Source: Alphaproteobacteria bacterium (GTDB taxonomy: Bacteria; Pseudomonadota; Alphaproteobacteria; 16-39-46). Taken from it: a stretch of DNA of 64,000 nt. A program made the position numbers and the translations under genes. The notes under the pieces were generated by a model, which did no database searches, was not told where the DNA came from, and was given only the letters and a program-made list of their open reading frames with translations. The stretch lies in NCBI GenBank assembly GCA_018401675.1, contig JAGYKM010000002.1, positions 2,871 through 66,870 on the forward strand. The letters are read 5' to 3'. Shown here one piece after another: positions 52,795 through 61,542 of the stretch; position 1 is the stretch's first letter, and the number at the start of each line of letters is the position of its first letter.

Positions 52795-54228
52795 TTAAGG
52801 AATACGTGAAAATTCGTCTTGCTGTAGGGTTTCTTGCCCAACTTCCTCCCGAACCTCCGGAATCTCTGTATTAAACGCCGCCTGGGCAATTTCGTCAACA
52901 TAAGCTTGAGGATTATAAGGCTCCACCGGTAAGCGCAAAGTAGCCACGGTCAAAACGCCCATGGTGTTTAATAATTTGTAATGGGCAGTGAGCGTCTCTG
53001 AGTTCGCTCGTGCTAAGCCCACTAAGCCATCATAATGTTCCTTTTCAGCATTCAACACATCGGTCATTGTGCGATTGCCTAACTCTTCTTCTAAACGCAT
53101 CCCTTCTAAAGCAAGTTTAGAAGATTTAATTTGTGCCGCAAACTGTACGGTACGCGCTTTTGCCGTATGAAAAGCATCAAACGCTTGACTCACGGCGGAT
53201 TCTAGCTCACGCCTAACAGCCATTCGTGTATATCTTTTCTGATTGGTCGTTTGTCGCGCTTTTCTAACCGATGATTGAACAGCCCCAGATAAATTTATGG
53301 GAATTGTTACTGTGGCCTTAGTATATCCCTCATAAGTCCTTGAATGACTATATATTTCTGAAGAACGCTCCATACCCACACTTAAATCTACTACGGGCTC
53401 AAATCCAGCTTCCGCAATCCCCACAGAAGCCCGTGCGGCTCTCTCTGCAGCAGCTGCTGCTACAAGGCCTTTGTTATTCTCAATACCTATTTGTAAAGCT
53501 TCCGCCTTGTTGCTAGGCAAAAAAGAAGGGTCTTCAGGAAACATCAAATTGCTGGGGGCATGACCTATTACCGATATATATTCTGCTTGCGCGGACTCTA
53601 AACCTCGTTCGGCTTCAATTCTTCCCGCCGTAGCTTCCGCCAATCGCGCTTCTACCTGAGCCACATCGGTTAATGTTAAATCCCCTAATTCAAATCGTGC
53701 TTGAACATTTTTTAACTGTTCGTCATACATACGCTGATTTGCCACCGCTAGTTTGATTTTTTCTTGGTTAAATATCACCGCAGCATACGTCTCTATGGCC
53801 TTTAAGAGAATGGCGCTCTCTATCTTCTCAAAAGTTGCCTGACTCTCTAAAACTTGCTGACGCGCGGTTTCCTCTCCCGCCATGGTAGCACCGCCGTTAT
53901 AAATATTTTGTTGGATGAGTAACCCTGCGCTTTGATCTTGCCTCTTATAATAGAGCTGGCGAGACGCTGAAGCTGTAGAGGATCCATCGGTTTTTGAATT
54001 TATAAATCTTTGATTAATAGACCCTTGCAACTGAGCTGTGGGCAACCATGCTGCCTGAGCTGCTGAAAGATTTTCTGCGGTTACCCGGGTTTCAGCTTCT
54101 GCTGCCCCTAAATTCAAATTCGTACGATAGGCGGAAACAAGAGCCTCTGTTAAGGTCTCCCCTCCCGCTATGGAAACACTGAAGAACGAACAGACGCCCA
54201 ATAAAACACTCCGCAATCCATTTCTCAT
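52795..54228 (-). CDS. tolC: TolC-family outer membrane efflux protein
   Basis: 477-aa ORF with a signal peptide and the TolC N-terminal motif (L.EA...A...N..L.AA....A.....A.......P....Q). The tandem repeat architecture is present. Confidence 0.8.
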   Translation of the reverse strand: MRNGLRSVLLGVCSFFSVSIAGGETLTEALVSAYRTNLNLGAAEAETRVTAENLSAAQAAWLPTAQLQGSINQRFINSKTDGSSTASASRQLYYKRQDQSAGLLIQQNIYNGGATMAGEETARQQVLESQATFEKIESAILLKAIETYAAVIFNQEKIKLAVANQRMYDEQLKNVQARFELGDLTLTDVAQVEARLAEATAGRIEAERGLESAQAEYISVIGHAPSNLMFPEDPSFLPSNKAEALQIGIENNKGLVAAAAAERAARASVGIAEAGFEPVVDLSVGMERSSEIYSHSRTYEGYTKATVTIPINLSGAVQSSVRKARQTTNQKRYTRMAVRRELESAVSQAFDAFHTAKARTVQFAAQIKSSKLALEGMRLEEELGNRTMTDVLNAEKEHYDGLVGLARANSETLTAHYKLLNTMGVLTVATLRLPVEPYNPQAYVDEIAQAAFNTEIPEVREEVGQETLQQDEFSRIP

Positions 54229-54247
54229 AGTCTTTTATCCTCTATTT

Positions 54248-54604
54248 TCATTCTTCTTCCAGTGGCGTGCCTTGCTGCACATCATAGGCACAAAGACCCC
54301 CTTTTAGACTTAACGCAGCAATGGCGTGACTGTTCAACAAAAGAGCCCCTTTTAAGCTCCGAACCCCATGCTCACATACTAACACTATCACCTTATCACC
54401 GGGAAGCTCATTCCGACGATCTTCTAAATCGCCCAATGGTATATGAAGACCCATGGGAAGGAAAGACTGATTTCTCTCCCAAGTCTCCCTAACATCAACA
54501 AAAAAGAATTTTTTCTTGAATTCGGGGTCGTCACAGCCTCTATTTTTTGAAAATTCTATTTCGTAAAGGTGCATCCCGACCCTCATTGATATCACCCAAT
54601 CCAC
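54248..54604 (-). CDS. rhodanese-domain protein
   Basis: 118-aa ORF. The FVDVRE..E...G..PGD pattern and the active-site CEHGVRS loop are typical of rhodanese. Confidence 0.7.
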   Translation of the reverse strand: MDWVISMRVGMHLYEIEFSKNRGCDDPEFKKKFFFVDVRETWERNQSFLPMGLHIPLGDLEDRRNELPGDKVIVLVCEHGVRSLKGALLLNSHAIAALSLKGGLCAYDVQQGTPLEEE

Positions 54605-54610
54605 AAAGAG

Positions 54611-54687
54611 TGGTGCGTCCTGCAGGATTCGAACCTGCGACCCTCGGCTTAGAAGGCCGATGCTCTATCCAGCTGAGCTAAGGACGC
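54611..54687 (-). tRNA. tRNA-Arg (anticodon TCT)
   Basis: The reverse complement reads GCGTCCTTAGCTCAGCTGGATAGAGCATCGGCCTTCTAAGCCGAGGGTCGCAGGTTCGAATCCTGCAGGACGCACCA. The anticodon stem is TCGGC/GCCGA with loop CTTCTAA. Confidence 0.9.
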
Positions 54688-54754
54688 TTGACTCTCCATT
54701 TCGTTTTTCGGCAACACCCGCCCTTTTCCAAGAGCTAGGCGTTCTCGTCATTGT

Positions 54755-54832
<78 letters not shown>

Positions 54833-55224
54833 TTAAACCAAAACAAGCTACCTCCTTTTCATTTACACGACTCGTCCTTCCTTCACAAGACTTTTATCTC
54901 CCCTTAAATGGGTGGATTGAACAAAATTGAGAGAACTCAGTGCCTTTCCCGTCGCAGTGCTGCAAAAGTATCTCATCTATTTATGGAACTCGGCCTACTC
55001 AACATAATATGATTTTTGATTTTCTATCAAATTAGAGATACTAGGTAAGATTCTTTTTTATCTTCATTTAATTTAGGGTAAATGTTATTATGATAATAGA
55101 AAAAGTTATAACTATAAGAAAGGAAATAATAATGAAAAAAATATCTCATATACTTGGAATAGCTGCTTATTCTCTGTTCTTCATTCTGCCTTTATCTGCG
55201 AATGGCGACCTCCCTACTAGTAAA

Positions 55225-55355
55225 GACAGCGACAGCCGGCTGATAGCGATAATCGAAAGTTAGAAAGAACAGAGACAGCCGGTTTGATAGCGATAATCGT
55301 AGGTTAGGAAAGAACAGTGACAGCCGATTTAATAGCGATAACCAAAAACAAAAAG
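55225..55355 (+). repeat. Three copies of a ~44-nt imperfect tandem repeat
   Basis: Units beginning gacagccgg(c/t)t(g/t)atagcgataatcg... lie at 55231, 55274 and 55319. They are preceded by a short signal-peptide ORF (55131-) with a good RBS. Confidence 0.7.
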
Positions 55356-55616
55356 ATGCAGATAACAATAAAATCTTCGTGAAGGTTAATATTTTTGTTG
55401 GCTCGTCAGAAGCCGTTGACAAGCTTTTAGAGAAATATTCCACGTAGTAAACGAGCTCGTCACCAAAGCGCTCCCCTCTGATGATTTTAGCTTTCTCTAC
55501 TCCTCTAGGACCACCTCCCACCCCTCAACACTGGGAGTGGGAGATGGTTTCATTGGGAAACAGAACGACATAAAGGCCTTGTTGAAAGGATAATTAAAAA
55601 AGGATATGTAACCAAA

Positions 55617-56543
55617 ATGCTAACCCTTTTAGATGTCACGTTACGTGACGGTATTCTTGTAGCTCCTTATTTGAATGACAAAGTCAGAGCCTATTCAATC
55701 ATAAATTGCTTATTGGAATCAGGAATAGAGTGCATTGAAATTGGAGATTGGGATGACAAAGTTAAAGAGTCAGGACCTTCATCGTGCGACATGTCGTACT
55801 TAGAGAATTTACCACCGTCATCTGCTACTTATTGTATGATGATTCATCCTCAAAACATGGGCAATGTTAACTTCGAACAACTGGCCTCAACGCCTGTTAA
55901 TCTAATCCGATTTCCTTGCTTGCCCACAACAGTACAGAACTTAGAACCCTATATTTATAAGGCTAAAGAAGCCGGATTCAAAGTTTCCCTTAATATCACT
56001 AGGGCAAGTGATCATACCTTAACCCAAATGATGACAACTGGGAAACTTGCTGAATCTTGGAATGTGGACTGGCTTTATCTTGCGGATTCCAACGGTTCCA
56101 TGATGCCTGATGAAGTATACGAAGTTATTGATTATTTCCGAAAAAACTTCAGTGTTCCTATTGGGTTTCATGCACATAATGGGCTGAGTTTTGCGTTAGC
56201 CAATGCTCTGCAGGCCATCAAAGCAGGTGCAAGCTTTATCGACACTTCAATTTGCGGACTGGGAAGGGGGCAAAATTTATCTTTGGAGCTTATTGGGATG
56301 TTTTTAGGAATTAAGGGAGAACTCGATCTAAAAATCATGCCTATTTTCGAGGCTATATGGCAAGAGATTTATCTTCTTGAAGGGGGGTACACCCTGACGA
56401 TGTTAGAAAATGCATCCACAGCTGTTTTAAATTACAATTTGGATAAAATATCAGAGTTAAAATCTCAAAATAGTTCGACATCCAGTGCTTATTTAAAAAA
56501 GTTAGTTCAGGATTTTGATGAAGCTCCACGTGTTAGAGCTTAG
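55617..56543 (+). CDS. HMGL-like (DRE-TIM metallolyase) family protein, aldolase/carboxyltransferase-like
   Basis: 308-aa ORF. It has an N-terminal TLRDG motif and a later GFHAHNG.S.A.ANAL.A..AGA...D.S..GLGRG.GN...E block. The codon usage is AT-rich. Confidence 0.65.
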   Translation: MLTLLDVTLRDGILVAPYLNDKVRAYSIINCLLESGIECIEIGDWDDKVKESGPSSCDMSYLENLPPSSATYCMMIHPQNMGNVNFEQLASTPVNLIRFPCLPTTVQNLEPYIYKAKEAGFKVSLNITRASDHTLTQMMTTGKLAESWNVDWLYLADSNGSMMPDEVYEVIDYFRKNFSVPIGFHAHNGLSFALANALQAIKAGASFIDTSICGLGRGQNLSLELIGMFLGIKGELDLKIMPIFEAIWQEIYLLEGGYTLTMLENASTAVLNYNLDKISELKSQNSSTSSAYLKKLVQDFDEAPRVRA

Positions 56544-56596
56544 ATATAAATGAAAGATAAACCGGGTATGAGTAAACCCTCTTGTAAATACGTACT

Positions 56597-56766
56597 TTAG
56601 AAGAAGATCCGTATACTCTTAATCCGGGATTTAAAAAATTGGTTGGCCCTTTATCTTTCACCTATTCAAGGCCTATTAATATTCAACACCGCATCGTTTA
56701 TCAAGTCTGTGATGAAGAAAAGATCGTAAAGATTATTAGAATGGGGACCCACTACGAGGGTTAACC
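56597..56766 (+). pseudogene. truncated duplicate of the yoeB-like toxin gene (3' half only)
   Basis: It is about 95% identical at the nucleotide level to 57293-57447 and to the following ~30 nt of 3' flank. It encodes ...EDPYTLNPGFKKLVGPLSFTYSRPINIQHRIVYQVCDEEKIVKIIRMGTHYEG*. There is no start codon and no N-terminal half. Confidence 0.75.
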
Positions 56767-56932
56767 ATAAAGGTCCTTTTTCCACATCAGCCCTCACTTG
56801 ACTGTCTCGTTCTATATTATTAGAAGAATTTTTTCTTGGGTTAGAGGCGTGTTGCAAAGTAGAGTAAATGGCCCTTGATAATTTGCTTATGACGTACTAT
56901 ATTAAGTACGTACCATATCCTGGAGAATAAGA

Positions 56933-57184
56933 ATGGAAAATTCTATTATTACAGCTTCTGCTGCACGCACGAATTTGTATAAAATTATCGATGAAGTGGC
57001 TATGTCCCATACGCCGAAGACCATAACCGGGAAACGAAATAATGCGGTTATTTTATCCCAAAGTGACTGGATAGCACTTCAAGAGACCCTTTACCTCGTT
57101 TCTATCCCTAAGATGCGCACCTCTATACAAGAGGGAATGGATATACCCTTGGAACAGTGCACGACGGAAATAGATTGGTCATAA
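56933..57184 (+). CDS. yefM: type II antitoxin, Phd/YefM family
   Basis: 83-aa ORF. ..SA.ARTNLYKIIDEV......ITGKRNNAVILS..DW.ALQETLYL is the YefM fold signature. A GTAC-containing palindrome (acgtactatattaagtacgt) lies upstream. Confidence 0.85.
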   Translation: MENSIITASAARTNLYKIIDEVAMSHTPKTITGKRNNAVILSQSDWIALQETLYLVSIPKMRTSIQEGMDIPLEQCTTEIDWS

Positions 57185-57447
57185 TGTGGAAACTTATCTA
57201 TACTCACCATGCTGCTAAAGATGCAAAAAAACTAAAGTCATCCAATTTAGAAGATAAAGCCAAAAAATTACTAAGCATTTTAAAAGAAGATCCGTATACT
57301 CTCAATCCCGGATTTAAAAAATTGGTTGGCCCTTTATCTGGCACCTATTCAAGGCGTATTAATATTCAACACCGCATTGTTTATCAAGTATATGATCAAG
57401 AAAAGATCGTAAAGATTATTAGAATGTGGACCCACTACGAGGGTTAA
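57184..57447 (+). CDS. yoeB: type II toxin, YoeB/Txe family
   Basis: MWKLIYT..A.KD.KKL........K...LL.....DPY......K.L.G..SG.YSRRIN..HRIVY.V.D.EKIV.I.R...HY matches the YoeB/Txe signature. The ATG overlaps the yefM stop (taATG). Confidence 0.85.
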   Translation: MWKLIYTHHAAKDAKKLKSSNLEDKAKKLLSILKEDPYTLNPGFKKLVGPLSGTYSRRINIQHRIVYQVYDQEKIVKIIRMWTHYEG

Positions 57448-57906
57448 CCACAATGGTCCTTTTTTCGAAATCAGAGCCTGGTACAACGGGACGTTCCACC
57501 GAGACAAGTTGTTCCTTTAAAAGGAGCACCTCCTCCTAAGACCTAAACCATGGGTAATATCTTCCTGTTTTTATCCTCCGCTCTCCGCCACTCCTTATTG
57601 TCTCGGTCATTTTAGTAGAAGAATTTTTTCTGCGCCGACAGACGTGATTCAAAGTATTTATTTATCATTGAAAAAGGCTTAGAAAAAGTGGACTATGCCT
57701 AGGGGGACATGGAAATGAGTTCTAATTCTGGTCTTCATTTTTTTTAACCGTGATTTTCCTCTTTGATCTTAGAATACTGGACCTCAAAGGAAAAATACGT
57801 GAGTCCTGCATATCTGGCACCTTCCTTACGCCACTCTTACAAATAATCCCATCTTTTCGGGTGGCTTTTTACTTTCTGTCTTCACTTTTGACCTTGAGAC
57901 TAACCC

Positions 57907-59940
57907 ATGACCTCCCCTCGATATGTAAATGTTCTCCTAGCTCTTCCCTTCTCAGAACTTTTTACCTATGAAATTCCCCCTTCTGAAACTGTAGAAGTGG
58001 GTTCTTACGTTCAGGTCTCTTTTGGAAAAAGAACCGCTTTTGGGGTTGTTTGGCAAACTCTAGATTCGCCTACAGTTCCCTTGGAAAAAATAAAACCTCT
58101 TTTTCGGGTGTTTGCTTTCCCCCCTTGTCCTGAATCTTTGCGCGATCTTATTGAATGGGTCGCGTCTTATACCCTAACCCCTAAAGGCCTAGTTCTTAAA
58201 TTATGCATGGGAAATATTCCCCTCTTTAAATTAAAAAAGACCCTCGCCCCACTCCCAGCAAGCTCGTATAACCCTCTTTCTGCTTCGGTCCATCCAGATC
58301 ATACGCCAGCCCAAAAAGAGGCCTGTTCTGGGTTAATATCTCTTGTGGACGCCCATGGATTTTCCGTGAGCGTTTTGGATGGGGTCACGGGTTCAGGAAA
58401 AACTCAAGTTTACTTCTCCCTCATTGAACATATTTTAACCAGCTCATCCTTCCCAGGGGCCCAGATTTTAGTTCTACTTCCTGAGATCTCTCTCTCCTCA
58501 GAATGGGTTAAAAGATACCAAGCCTGGTTTGATAAAACACCTTGCCTCTGGCATTCAGGAATTTCAGGAAAAAACCGTTCCCTTGGGTGGCTTGGGGTAG
58601 CCGCAGGTACCATCCAAGTCGTGGTAGGAGCACGGTCAGCTTTGTTTCTTCCTTTTAAAAATCTTCAATACATTATTGTCGATGAAGAACACGATAGCAG
58701 CTATAAACAAGAAGAGGGGGTATTCTACAATGCTCGAGATATGGCTATTGTCCGCGCTAAAATAGAAAATATTTCTGTTCTCTTGGCTTCAGCCACTCCC
58801 TCTCTTGAAACAAGACTCAATATCAAAAACTCTAAGTACCATTGTTTTTCTCTTCCCGAACGACCCGGTACAGCTTCTTTGCCGACTATATCAGCTATTA
58901 ATCTGTCTACTTATGCCAAACAAATGCATTCCCAAAAGAAAACTGAGGGGGTTTCAGCCCTTATTTCCCCGCCTTTGAGAGAGGCTTTATCTCAAAATCT
59001 AGAGAACGAATGTCAGTCGCTTTTATTTCTGAATCGACGGGGATATAGTCCTTTGGTTTTATGCCAAGGATGTGGCCATCGCCTTGGGTGCCCCAATTGC
59101 ACGTCCTCATTAGTGTTTCATAAAACTGCTTCCAAACTCATGTGCCATCATTGCCTTTATACAGTCCCGACGCCTTCTTTATGCCCTGGATGTGGGAAAG
59201 CTGATACCTTAGCCCCTTGGGGAGGCGGGGTAGAACGGGTAGCAGAAGAAGTGGCACGGGTTTTTCCCGAGGCGCGCGTTTGTCTATTAAGCAGCGATAC
59301 ACTGAATACCCCAGATTTGATTGAACATACCCTTCACAGCATCTTGAACCAAGAAGTTGATATTCTCATCGGAACCCAGCTCATTGCCAAGGGCCATCAT
59401 TTCCCAAAACTCACTTTGGTGGGGGTTATCGATGCGGATTTAGGGCTCAGTGGTGGCGATCTCAGGGCCAGCGAACGCACCTACCAAATGCTCCACCAAG
59501 TGGCAGGCCGGAGCGGAAGAGAAAAGACAAAAGGCCATGTCTATCTCCAAACCTTCTCCCCCGATCATCATGTGATTCATGCGTTGCTCTCCGGTAATAG
59601 AGATCTTTTTATGAAGGAAGAAGAAGAAGCACGACGCCAGGCCATGATGCCTCCTTTTGGGAAACTTGCAGCCCTTATTCTGACCAGCATGCATCAAGCT
59701 CAAGGTGAAGCTTTTGCCAAACACTTGTCCAGAAACAGTCCCACCGTAGAAGGCATTCACGTATGGGGGCCAGCACCAGCTCCGTTATTTCAGATAGGCA
59801 AACGTTTCCGCTGGAGATTCTTACTCAAAGCTACCCAAACCGCCCCTCTTCATCGTTTTATCCGACACTGGTTGGAACTATGCCCTCCGCCTTACACAGT
59901 TAAACTCCATGTGGACATCGATCCTTATAGCTTTTTATAA
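57907..59940 (+). CDS. priA: primosomal protein N' (PriA helicase)
   Basis: 677-aa ORF with Walker A (GVTGSGKTQVY), a DEEH box (VDEEHD) and the Cys-rich zinc-binding region (CQGCGHRLGCPNCTSSLVFH....LMCHHC). Confidence 0.9.
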   Translation: MTSPRYVNVLLALPFSELFTYEIPPSETVEVGSYVQVSFGKRTAFGVVWQTLDSPTVPLEKIKPLFRVFAFPPCPESLRDLIEWVASYTLTPKGLVLKLCMGNIPLFKLKKTLAPLPASSYNPLSASVHPDHTPAQKEACSGLISLVDAHGFSVSVLDGVTGSGKTQVYFSLIEHILTSSSFPGAQILVLLPEISLSSEWVKRYQAWFDKTPCLWHSGISGKNRSLGWLGVAAGTIQVVVGARSALFLPFKNLQYIIVDEEHDSSYKQEEGVFYNARDMAIVRAKIENISVLLASATPSLETRLNIKNSKYHCFSLPERPGTASLPTISAINLSTYAKQMHSQKKTEGVSALISPPLREALSQNLENECQSLLFLNRRGYSPLVLCQGCGHRLGCPNCTSSLVFHKTASKLMCHHCLYTVPTPSLCPGCGKADTLAPWGGGVERVAEEVARVFPEARVCLLSSDTLNTPDLIEHTLHSILNQEVDILIGTQLIAKGHHFPKLTLVGVIDADLGLSGGDLRASERTYQMLHQVAGRSGREKTKGHVYLQTFSPDHHVIHALLSGNRDLFMKEEEEARRQAMMPPFGKLAALILTSMHQAQGEAFAKHLSRNSPTVEGIHVWGPAPAPLFQIGKRFRWRFLLKATQTAPLHRFIRHWLELCPPPYTVKLHVDIDPYSFL

Positions 59941-59994
59941 ACTGGGCAGCTTTATTAAAGTTCTCATTTTTTTTCGAAGACAAACCTCTTAGGC

Positions 59995-61101
59995 TTAATC
60001 TTCTTCTTCATCCCCATCATGACAGGCGGTTCCAAGTACACTGAAAGGATTCTTAGAAACTGGCGTCTTGTCTTTTTCAGACTTAAGTTTTGATTTAAAC
60101 ACCGCTTTTATCCTAGGTTGAGATCCTCGAAGAGCTGATGCTGGCGTAAAAACTCCAGAAGCCGCAGGAGGCCCTGCCGTAGCTCTTGGTTCTTTTTTGT
60201 CACCCCCCGTGTTTTTTGGCTGTTTACCAAATGACTGGCTCCCTAAAGCTTCGGATTTTGTTCTCCGATGGTGTGGCTTTGCACCATTCATAGGTGCAGA
60301 GTTCCCAACAATAGCGCAAAGTTCTTCTTCGAATTTTTTGGATTTGGCTAAAGCCTCTTCAATGATTCCCGGTTTTTTTTTAAGTCTGAGCTGCAGATCT
60401 GGATGTTCTTCAAAGTAAGTCATTAGAATTATCTGTAGATTTACCGCAAGTGGGGCTTGAGAATCAATTCTTATAACCTGAAAATCCTCCCTATCAGCCG
60501 CATTTATGGGATCAAATTCCCTCCGCCATTTTTCTATAACTGTGCGTGCGAAGCCTGCGCTTTGGATACTTCTATGACCTTTCCCCCGGTGGCCAATACG
60601 TTGGAGCAAAACACCGTCAGGTATTTCTGATGAGAACTCTATGAGCAAAGGTTTATGTTCAGATATTTTCGCCAAGAGCTTTGCTATTTGCTCTCTGTGA
60701 TGCCGGGTATGGTTTCCCTTATCTGCAAGGAGAATGGTTCGGGATATTTCAATCCCACACACGGCAGCCTCAAATCTCCTGCGGTCCCCCCCACATTCGT
60801 CTTGGTTTATCCAAATCGCTTGGTCCTGTCCGGGAAGTACTTGTCTAAATATGTGCTGCAGCGCTCTAAAGGTTGTTGATTTCCCTGAGCCAGGGAATCC
60901 ACAACATGTGATCGGTCTCCAAAAATCCGTCTTTTTCTCTAGATCTACCCCTTGGGGCATAAGAACAGTTCTCTTTGCAGCCAAAGCAGAAAAGGAAACC
61001 CCCAGTTTTCCTTCCTCAGTTTCTTGGCGGTCCGCGGCTATGGTTAAGAATGAAAATGACAAGAAATATACAAAAATAATAAGTTCTATTTTTTTTCTCA
61101 T
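59995..61101 (-). CDS. secreted P-loop NTPase/kinase-like protein with a disordered basic C-terminal tail
   Basis: 368-aa ORF with an N-terminal signal peptide (IIFVYFLSFSFLTIAA), Walker A GFPGSGKST, and a ~130-aa K/P/S/G-rich low-complexity C-terminus ending DGDEEED. Confidence 0.55.
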   Translation of the reverse strand: MRKKIELIIFVYFLSFSFLTIAADRQETEEGKLGVSFSALAAKRTVLMPQGVDLEKKTDFWRPITCCGFPGSGKSTTFRALQHIFRQVLPGQDQAIWINQDECGGDRRRFEAAVCGIEISRTILLADKGNHTRHHREQIAKLLAKISEHKPLLIEFSSEIPDGVLLQRIGHRGKGHRSIQSAGFARTVIEKWRREFDPINAADREDFQVIRIDSQAPLAVNLQIILMTYFEEHPDLQLRLKKKPGIIEEALAKSKKFEEELCAIVGNSAPMNGAKPHHRRTKSEALGSQSFGKQPKNTGGDKKEPRATAGPPAASGVFTPASALRGSQPRIKAVFKSKLKSEKDKTPVSKNPFSVLGTACHDGDEEED

Positions 61102-61542
61102 GCTTTATTCCCCTCTATTGTAAAAACTAACCACTTGATATATAAATAATATATTTATATATCAGCATGATTCTAACTAGCTTTTCTTTGTTACTGTTAT
61201 TAACTCAGAAGATCAATAAGGAATGATTCTTGTTCATACCCCTATAACCTTCTTGAAAAGACCAATTTTTCAAACGGTTAAATTCTCAGTTTTTCAAATC
61301 CCTCCTAGGTATCCATCTAGCTAACACTAGCCTGATAACTTTATTTCTTCTAGATATAATATTGGACAGTCATCCTTCCCTATGGCTACCGGAGCAAGAA
61401 ATCTAATCCTTATAATGAGGATATTTCTAGCTTTTTTCTGCATCCTATGCCAGGTTAGGCCACTTGCCTTTTTAGACCTCTTTAAGCTTTGATTCTTTCT
61501 TTATTTTGACCCGCCTTTTCACTCTAGGACACCACCCTAACA

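Noticed and set aside
55225-55355. The tandem repeats might be a CRISPR array.
   Set aside because: The units are contiguous and degenerate with no unique spacers. There are only three units and no cas genes.
55192-55521. A 109-aa minus-strand ORF across the 44-nt tandem repeats.
   Set aside because: Its sequence (RLSLFF..RLSLS) is generated by the repeats themselves and has no coding signal. The plus-strand signal-peptide reading is more plausible.
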